A stretch of DNA of 24,770 nt, from the IMG/VR virus record IMGVR_UViG_3300027892_000148, positions 1 through 24,770 of that record. One strand, written 5' to 3'. Shown here in pieces: positions 7,701 to 16,700 of the stretch (its first letter is position 1; the number at the start of each line of letters is the position of its first letter). The translations under genes and the position numbers were made by a program. The notes beneath the pieces were generated by a model. That model was not told where the DNA came from, did no database searches, and saw nothing but the letters and a program-made list of their open reading frames with translations. This DNA is from a virus (lineage: Duplodnaviria; Caudoviricetes).

Positions 7701-10700
7701 GTTGGTTCGCCATTCAACAACACTTCGGGTGCCAACTGATATCCTTCCCCGCCGTCGGCCACAGCAACCGATTCCACTGACAGCAGATAATTTTGATACC
7801 ATTGATTCCATGGCAGTGTTTGCCAAACAGGACTGGAACTGGGCAGGCTACTGGTGGTACTCAACACAGGAGGTACTGCTTCATCCAGCACTGGACTGAC
7901 AAAAAGACCTTGAGCATTGTCATAAAATGCTGGCAAATCAAAATCATTTACAGTGCCATTGTACTGATCAAAACCGTTGTATATCAAATTGAATTCACGT
8001 ATCTGCACATGGTAGGGTTTGACTTCTTGAATATAATCCAGCACAAAGTCTTGGTTGTCTCTGCGATAGATCTGGAACGGTTCCAGGTTACGAATCACAT
8101 GATCTACATCAATCAAACTGGTCTTGGTCAACCAACTTGGTGCCTGCTGCTCGCTGAGAATATAATTAAACATCAGTATCAGTGCACGGTTACGCTCAAT
8201 CAGCAGGTCTCCCACCAGCAGTTCTTGATTGATGGCCTGTATAATTTTTCTTGTTTCAACCACAGGTTCTTGATCGTAGTACTGAGCATCAAAAACTTCA
8301 GCATCGAATCCAAAACTGCCTAATTTATAGTCCCAGAGCTGATCAGAGAATGCCACAGTGCCAGTTTCCAATGCTATCCTGTTCCATACAGCAACTTCAT
8401 CTGCACTTTCCAATTGGTACAATTCCCATTTGCCTTGACTGTTGGCAGTGACCTTGACCACGCTGCCAACTGCCACTGCCAGTGTTTCCAGCGCACTGTA
8501 CACTGGTACTTCTGTGAGAACTCGTGTCAAAGGATCATATCCTGGTCTGAACCAGTCAATGTAGTTCCAATAATTTTTGGTGTTGTAATTTTGTACGCGG
8601 ATCAATAATAAAGTTTTTTGTCCTAGTAAAATGTCAGCCACAGTCTCGTATATGGTCCATAAACCGTTGTTGGTACTGTCACTTACCACAAGATATTTGT
8701 AGCCAAATGGTACCTGAGCAAGATCTTGATAGCCCAGTTCTTCAATGTTGGCAACCCGGGAATCCCATGCTCCAGAAAAAGCAGCAGGTATTGACTCTTC
8801 ACTGTTGAGCAGATTGAACGTGCGTGTTTCCGAAACAGGGTACTGTTGGATCACAGCGTTTACACGTCCAAGATAATTTTTCAGCGCCAGAAAACGGTTG
8901 ACAAACATGCTTTGACGAGGCCGAGCCTGTGTGCCATACTGTTCGCTGACACTGATAAAAGGATCTGGTACTGGTCTACCAATTGCGTCTACACCACAGA
9001 AGCTGTCTTGCATCTTGACATACAGTGCATCAGATAAAAATCCATCTGACCGATCTTGAGCTATCAACTGATATTCCACATGCACAGCAGCATCATTCAG
9101 CTGCTGGTCATAAGATATTTGTAGTATTGTGTCTTGGGCCGAGATGTAATCCAATCCATTGTAAATTGCCACTGTGCTGGAATTTATTGGTGCAATGTAA
9201 CTGATTCCGCTGCTGCTGGGATTCAAGATATACTGTGTCAAGGTTGTGATACCCAAAGTTTTCTTGGCCGCGGTGTTGACAGTGTTTATTCCTTGCACCC
9301 AAAAGTAATATTCAGGTAATATTATGCCTTGTGAATTCAGTGACGAACTCACACTGTAGTTGGCTACACTAAAAGGAGTGCCAGGTCCTGCATACTGTTG
9401 CGGAGGAACACTGCTGCTGATCCACTGGTACACATTGACAGTGCTGCCCGGAAACAACTGTCCCCATCTACGACTGGCATAAGTTATGTTGTCTTGATTG
9501 GGATCAATAAATCTTGCGTCGGTGGTATTCCACCAAATTTGTCCTACTCTGTTTTGTCTCCAGCTGCTGCCGTAGTTGTTTTGATTGCCAAAATTGTATG
9601 CAGCAGGATCAACTGCTCCTATAAAGTCTATGTTTTGTGACACAGCACCCAACAATCGACCCTGCAAAGGATCAAAATAATCAAAATACTCACGTTCACC
9701 TGTGGCCTGATTGTACATGAATATGGTGTTGAACAGATTGATGTCCACCACTGGCTGTTGCAGTCTTAGCACGCTCCATGCAGGCGTTTGCTCAAGGTTC
9801 TTGAGTGACAACATCTGTCCACTATTGTCTTGACTGTCCTGCAGGTCAATACCCGGAGAACCAATCAATAAAACACCGGTTGTGTAGTCAATTGCCGATC
9901 CAAATTGATCCAGTGTGTTTGCTTGACTATTATATATTTGTTGACCAAACACAAACTGCGCAGGATTGTCAACGGAACTGTTGGCAGCCGGCAATGCATC
10001 ATAGGCATATACCACGCCACTCTGAATCACAGTGTCAAAAAACTCTATGCTGCCAGAGTCAAATATGGTGGTTCCTGCATCAAACACAGTGTCTTCGATC
10101 AAGGATCCGTTGGGTGCACCTATCAACAGCGTGGATGTGTTGTCGCTGATAAACAGGCTTTTGCCAAAGTTTGCAAAGTCCTGCTGAACAGGTGGCAAAA
10201 TAATTTGTTGATTTACATACAGATTCAGCCCAAGATCATTAAACAAAGTGCCTGTCCCGGGTCCTACCTGAATACGATTCAACCTCAGTGATGAATTGTA
10301 ATTTACTGTTGATAAAATTAATCTTCCAGATCTTACAGTTATAACTTCACCAGACAAAGGAGCAGTGACAAAGCTGATTTGTTGAGTGCTGTTGTCATAT
10401 GTATAGTTTGTTCCTGCTGTTTGTACAACATCGTTCAACAAGACCACTGTGCTGTATGATGAGGCCACACTGTAGATTGATCCTATATCAAACACCTTGG
10501 TCACTGCATCACCTGTCAAAACAAGATCATTGGTGACAGAAGCTTGAGCATTGGGCACAGCAGCAGAGTTGATGTCATCTGCCAGTTCAGCCACAGTGGT
10601 TCCGGTTGTCTCTACAAAATAATTGTTGATGCGAATAAAATTACCTGCAGTCAAGGTAGGATTTGCTATGGTGCTGGTAATGTTGCCATACACACGGGAT

Positions 10701-13700
10701 TGATTCTGGAGGAACTCAGCCTGACCTGACTGCAACAGTGGTGCATTGGCAAAGGGTGCTCCCACATACAGACTGCAATCATTGATGCATTGATCAGCTA
10801 CAAATCCAAACTTTGCGTTGGTTCCAGGCTCGGCCGATGTCAACACCTGTAGAAGATTGAACTGATTAGTTTCCACAGTGATTATATCACCTACATTTAT
10901 CTGGGTATCCAGTGTGACAGTGGAGCCAGAGACACTGTAAGTGCCTCCAATGTTGTTGTCTTTGTTCAACAAGAAGACACCATTCAACAGCACCTGAGTG
11001 GGTGGCAACAAGGCCAGTTCAGTGGTGTAAGTCAGCACTGTGGCGTCTGTGACTTGAAAATTTTGAACACTGCGATCATAAACGTAGGCAGCACCTGCCT
11101 GCGTCAAAACATCGCCTGTGGCAGGATCTGTGTAGGTGGCATCTGGACACCCTATAATGATCTGTCTGCCGTCGCTGGTTGCGGTCACACTGTGGCCAAA
11201 TTTATCAGTGATGCTTAGACCAGTTGGTTCAATGGTATCAACCAACATGTAGTAGGTACTAGCAGTTACGATAACAATGCTATTGACAGCAGGCGGCGTA
11301 ACAAATATTAAATCTTGTGAACTATCTGGATCATAATCGTAATCCAACACCAATCTTTGCAATACATCATCAACATATACACTGATAGCACCGCCAATGT
11401 TGCCGGCAGTGTATATGGTGGCCGAATATACGTTGGCCAAATTAAATGTGGTTGTGGTGCCATCACCATAGAATATTTCGCCATTGCGTCGACTGATGAC
11501 CAGATTTTGCTGCTGGATTGGTGGTACAGGAAATACCACTGCTGTTCCGTTGGCAGTGTAATCCACACCATCTGTGAGAATCACACTGTTCAAGGCCACA
11601 ACCAATTGATCGCCAGTTGTGACAACAACATGTTGTGAATAGTTGAACAATGATACACTACCGTCGGTAACATATTCTACAGTTTGATTCTGTACATCAA
11701 CTCTGCCGTAGGCGTAGACTCTGTTGCCGCCAGGAGCACCTATGTACATCCACTTTTCGTCGCGACTCATGTTTACAGCATAACCAAATTGATCTTCAGC
11801 AGTGGCTGATTCAGCAGGATCTATCACCAACAGTTGTTGTTGTACAAATGCATTGGATCCTGGGGGATTATACACAACAACTGCATAGCCACGATTGTTG
11901 TTGCTTGCGCTGGCACCTACCACTGCCCAGTTTTGATCTCCTATGTCTACTGCATTGCCATAGCCCACTGTGTCAGTTGTGGCCAATTGTAAAATAACAT
12001 TTTCTTCAAATTGATTCTGTTGATTTTTTACAAAGGTATACACAGCGCCTGGCGCATCAACTGCTCCGGCCAAGTTGTATCCGGGTGCACCCACAAGCGC
12101 AGAAAGATTTTGGAATCCTTGACTGATGCTGTATCCAAAACTGGAATTTTCCACTGCTACAGCAGGTGTGACCACTGTGCTGTCAGTGAAAGGATTATTT
12201 TTTTCCAACACTGTCCAACGGTCATTGCTGTTGTTGTCTACCCAAATCTTGATACCAGGTTGTAGTTGTTGTGCATATGACAAACTTGCTATGTCGCTGG
12301 GCTGTGCCACACGCAAAGACTGCAGTGTAAATCCAACTCCAAATCCTGTATAGGTGGTTTGTTCACCTATAAACACAAGATCGATCAAGACAGTGTTGAT
12401 TCCACCCACAAACTTCACTGTATAAACTCCATTGATGGCATCATCAAAGAATCTTATGATCAAGGTATCCCCTGGCGCAAGACCGTGTGGTTTGGAAAAT
12501 GTTACCAGGGCCTGAGAATCCAAATTGTTTACAACTGAAATCACATTACCCGGAACCAAGCTGCAACGATATATGTTCCAGTCATAACTGTTTGTCTTGG
12601 CAACCCACAAGGTGGTTCCAACTCCAATCTCATTGATTGCTTCGGGCACCAGTTGTAGTGTGGCTATATCAAACACATTCAAGTCAACATCGTCAAAATT
12701 CACATAGCCAGCGGTGGGCAAACCTATGTCAATGGGTGTGGTCAGCGTGGTAGGAAATATTTCAGTGGAGGTCAGCTTGACACTGGATTTCAACACATTT
12801 TCTAACAGGATTGCCTGATCTGCCGAAGACTGTTGTTGCGGTTGAACTATCTGGACCAGACTGGGACTGCTGGTCAACAGCGACTGGTCAAGTCTTAGAT
12901 CTATAAAACTTTGATTGGCAGTGGCACCGTATGTGCTGCGCAAGATTGCCCAGTATTCATTTATGTCATAGGTGGCAGTTTCTTTGCCTAGATCGGCCAG
13001 ACTGAACAGCTCTGCCGATCTGATGGTACCTTTGGTACCCAAAAATTGTTGATAAAGATTGACTTGGCTGATGTCGTCCAAATTAAGAGCCTGCATGTAT
13101 TGTCGTGGACGGAATCCAATCAATCCATAACTGAATAGATCAACTTCTTGCTCCAGGTTAGCGTCATAGATGCTGTATGATTGACCCAACTGTTGGCTAG
13201 CAGTGGCGGCGTTTGGCAACAATCCTTTTTGTATTTGATTGTAGTCACTTTTGATCCACAGACTGTAATTGAATGTCAGACTAGGTTGAATTATGGTGCT
13301 GGCTGACCAATATTCATTTTTGAACAGCACAATACTGCCTTTGGAATATTGTGTGTTGGGTGACCATTCCAGTATGTTGTCTTGATTGAGAACAAAACCG
13401 GGAGCATTGACCAGGCCTGTCCAGTCATTACTAAGATATCCTGATACCAAAATTCTACTTTGTCTTGCACCTGTGATCTTGTCATAAATCAGATCGGCAA
13501 AGATGCTGCGGTTGTCCAGCACAATCATGTGTTCATACGCAGTCAATCTGAGATTGAGATAGTTGATGGTGTCGTTGCTGATGCTGGATACCTTGAAAAG
13601 ATTACCAGTTCTGTCAATCACAACATTGCTGAGTGGCAAAGGCTGACGATTTTGATTCAACATGATGTCGTTGGGAGAATAGGTCAGAATGCTATCAACC

Positions 13701-16700
13701 ACTGCCTGAGGTCTCACTATGGATATGCTGGTGGCAGCAGGGTTCAGATTTATGATTGATCCTGTGGCCCACCCTTGTTGATTCCAATACAGAAATTCTT
13801 GGCACATCTGAAACCAGTTCAAAATGTATCCGTTCTCTCTGCTTTCAAATATCAAACCTTGCTTTTGCAACAAAGCACCATAGCTGACCAGAAAATCACA
13901 CACACTGGCCAAGTTTGTAAACACATAGCCGTAGGGTACCTGTATCACATTGTCTGTGTGCTCCACTGCCACACGTACCTGATTGTCAGCCACCGAAATC
14001 ACAGTGGTCTGGCCGGCCACACGCGAAACCAGAATATCAAAGTAGGGTTGTTGTGTGCTGTAACCCAGCACTGCCCATCCCGATGATACTTTTTGAACAA
14101 TCACTGAACTGTAACTTATTTGTTCAAACGGTTGGTTCTTGTACAACAACAATTGATAACTTTGATCAGGCAGCAACAGTCCCGAATTGTTGCTGCCAGG
14201 ACTGGATCTTTCTGTGTATAATTTGAGATAATTTTTGTCAGTGAATCCTGCTGTTCTCCAACACAGTCTTACGTCAATGTTGTCAAGCGTCACTGTCAAA
14301 TTGTCGGTGCTGTTGATACCCAGTTGTCGATTGTAATCAATTATCCAATCAAGATAGCTGGCCTTACTGACACCATTGCCATACAAGGGTTTCAGTTTTG
14401 ATGCATCCAGTCTTAGACGATCGTTCCACAGAAACTGTTGATACAATTGATTATAGACATACAGGTCGCGATCTGCAAACAAACTAAAAAACTTGGCAGG
14501 TTTGGTCAGTGCCAGCAATCGCATGACAGCAAAAGGCCATGCACTGCTGGTTCTCCAGGCATTTTCCACAGGACCATCGTCGCCAAAAGTCCAACTACGT
14601 CTAAAGCTGGCAGAATCAAAATTGCCTATCACTGATTGTAGAGGATCCAGTAGTTCTCCTTCAGATCCCACTGGTAACACCTGCAGCAGTTGCGGTCTTA
14701 CAAAACGTGGATCAACTCTGTAGTTGCCTGGTTCCTTGATCAAGCCAGCAGCCAAATCATCCCATAGCACAGTGTTACCGCTGGTGTAGGGAGCAGCACC
14801 GTATTCGTCTTCCCACCAGGTGGGCTGTTGACTCAGTCCCAGCAGTTGCCAGGGTGTTGTATCGGGAGTGTAGGTATCATAAAAATAATTGTACAGTCCT
14901 CTCCAGGCGCCGGCTGTGACAGGTTGTTGTGTCAGCTTGTTGGCACTTTGACTGTAATTGTAGGTAAAAGGATTGGTTGAAACATAGTTTTGTTCTGTAT
15001 AGTCCAGTTTGTTCCATCCTACCCAGGCCAGGAAATCTTCTCCTAAAATATTGTTCACCTGCGCAAGACTGTAGTCAGTGGTTCTGAATTGTCCTGGCAC
15101 CACATCTGAACTCAGCAAGGGTATAGTAGATTTGATTTTTAAATTGTTAAAAATACGTTTTTCAAACTCTAACAAAACCTGATCACGGTAGTCGCTGAAT
15201 GACAATATGATTGACCCGTCATGTCCTCTAATCACTGTGCGCGGAGTTGTGTAGGTGTTGTCTACATAGATTTCAGGCCGATATGCCGGATACAGACCCA
15301 GTTTGGTGGGAGTGTTTGGCACATAGCTGCCGTAGGTACTGGAATATTCTCGTATTTTTATCACGTCGCCCACTGCCAGCGGTGTTGTGATTGTGAGTGT
15401 GGGTTGATCGTCTGCCACTGTGTAATCATAGTCAATGGTCAACAGTGTGCCATTGAGATACACCGACAATGCCAGATAGTTTGATGCAGTAAAATCGTAT
15501 GTTTGTAATGTATCAAATGTGGCAGTGCTGATCACCGAATAGGTATAGGTATTTTCCTGGTAAGTTTCACCTGCAGGCAACATGTCGGTCCAATAGAATG
15601 GATTGATGTTGCTGCGTTCAATGCTGAATTCCTGCATCACAGTGTCTAGGATCTGTGTTGGTGTAAGATTTTCAAAATCACCATTGGCTGCCAAATTCAA
15701 CAGTTGAGCCTTGTATTTGCTGTATTCTCTGCTGCAGAATTCCATGGCAGAAAACAATTCAAATTGTTTTTCTCTCAAAAACACTCCGGTCAAGGCCACA
15801 GGAGCAGAATTTTGTATGATCAAATCGCCGTACTGCAAGATGTTGCCCAGGTCTCTTGAGTTATTGGCTCCAACCACTGGTCCCTGTATGTTTCTGAGAT
15901 TTTGTCCTATGGTTTGATAATGTGTGCGTATGGTACCCAGGGTGAATGAAGGACTATTTTCATTGAGAGGATTACTTTCCAAATTCAATGGCACTTGATA
16001 AAATCCGGTGCTGCTGGCCACTTTACTAAAGGCCTGTACTTCGATCACAGCGCCAGGTAGAACAGGAAAATCAACTGATTGTAAAATTGTTATTATAGTA
16101 GCATTTCCCACCACTTCATAAACATAATTGGCAGAATCAATAAATCGACCTTCAACAAAAATCTGCAGAGGAGAAAACACTGTGTCTGTGTCTACCGGTA
16201 CATCCAGTTGCAAGGGTGATCCTGTATAATCAAATCTAAAAACTTGTCGACTTCTACTGGAATCTGCTGCTGTTTGCCAACCGATAAAATTACCAAATGT
16301 GATACGATCAAGGTACTGATGCACATAGCCTGATCCCACTGACTGTTCAAAACTCACATTGTTTTTAACGTATATAAAGCTGTCTGTGTACAGATAGTTT
16401 TCAAAAACAATGTCACCCACGTTGTTTATATTGAGAAATTTTAAACTGAATCCCAATATTTCATCTGTGATCTGTGTATCACCCAAGGCATATCCAAACA
16501 ACTTGCTGCCACCAAATGTTGTGCTGGGATAGGTAGCAAGATTTCCAAAACTGATACCGTCTGCATCAAACACATCAAACAACGGTGCTTGGTTGACATC
16601 AATTTTGTCTTGTGCGCTCTGCCAATTGACACCGTTGAACCAAAAACTCTTGCCTTGTTGTGTGTTGCCGCTGAGGGAAACCACAGTTTGATTGCTGAGA

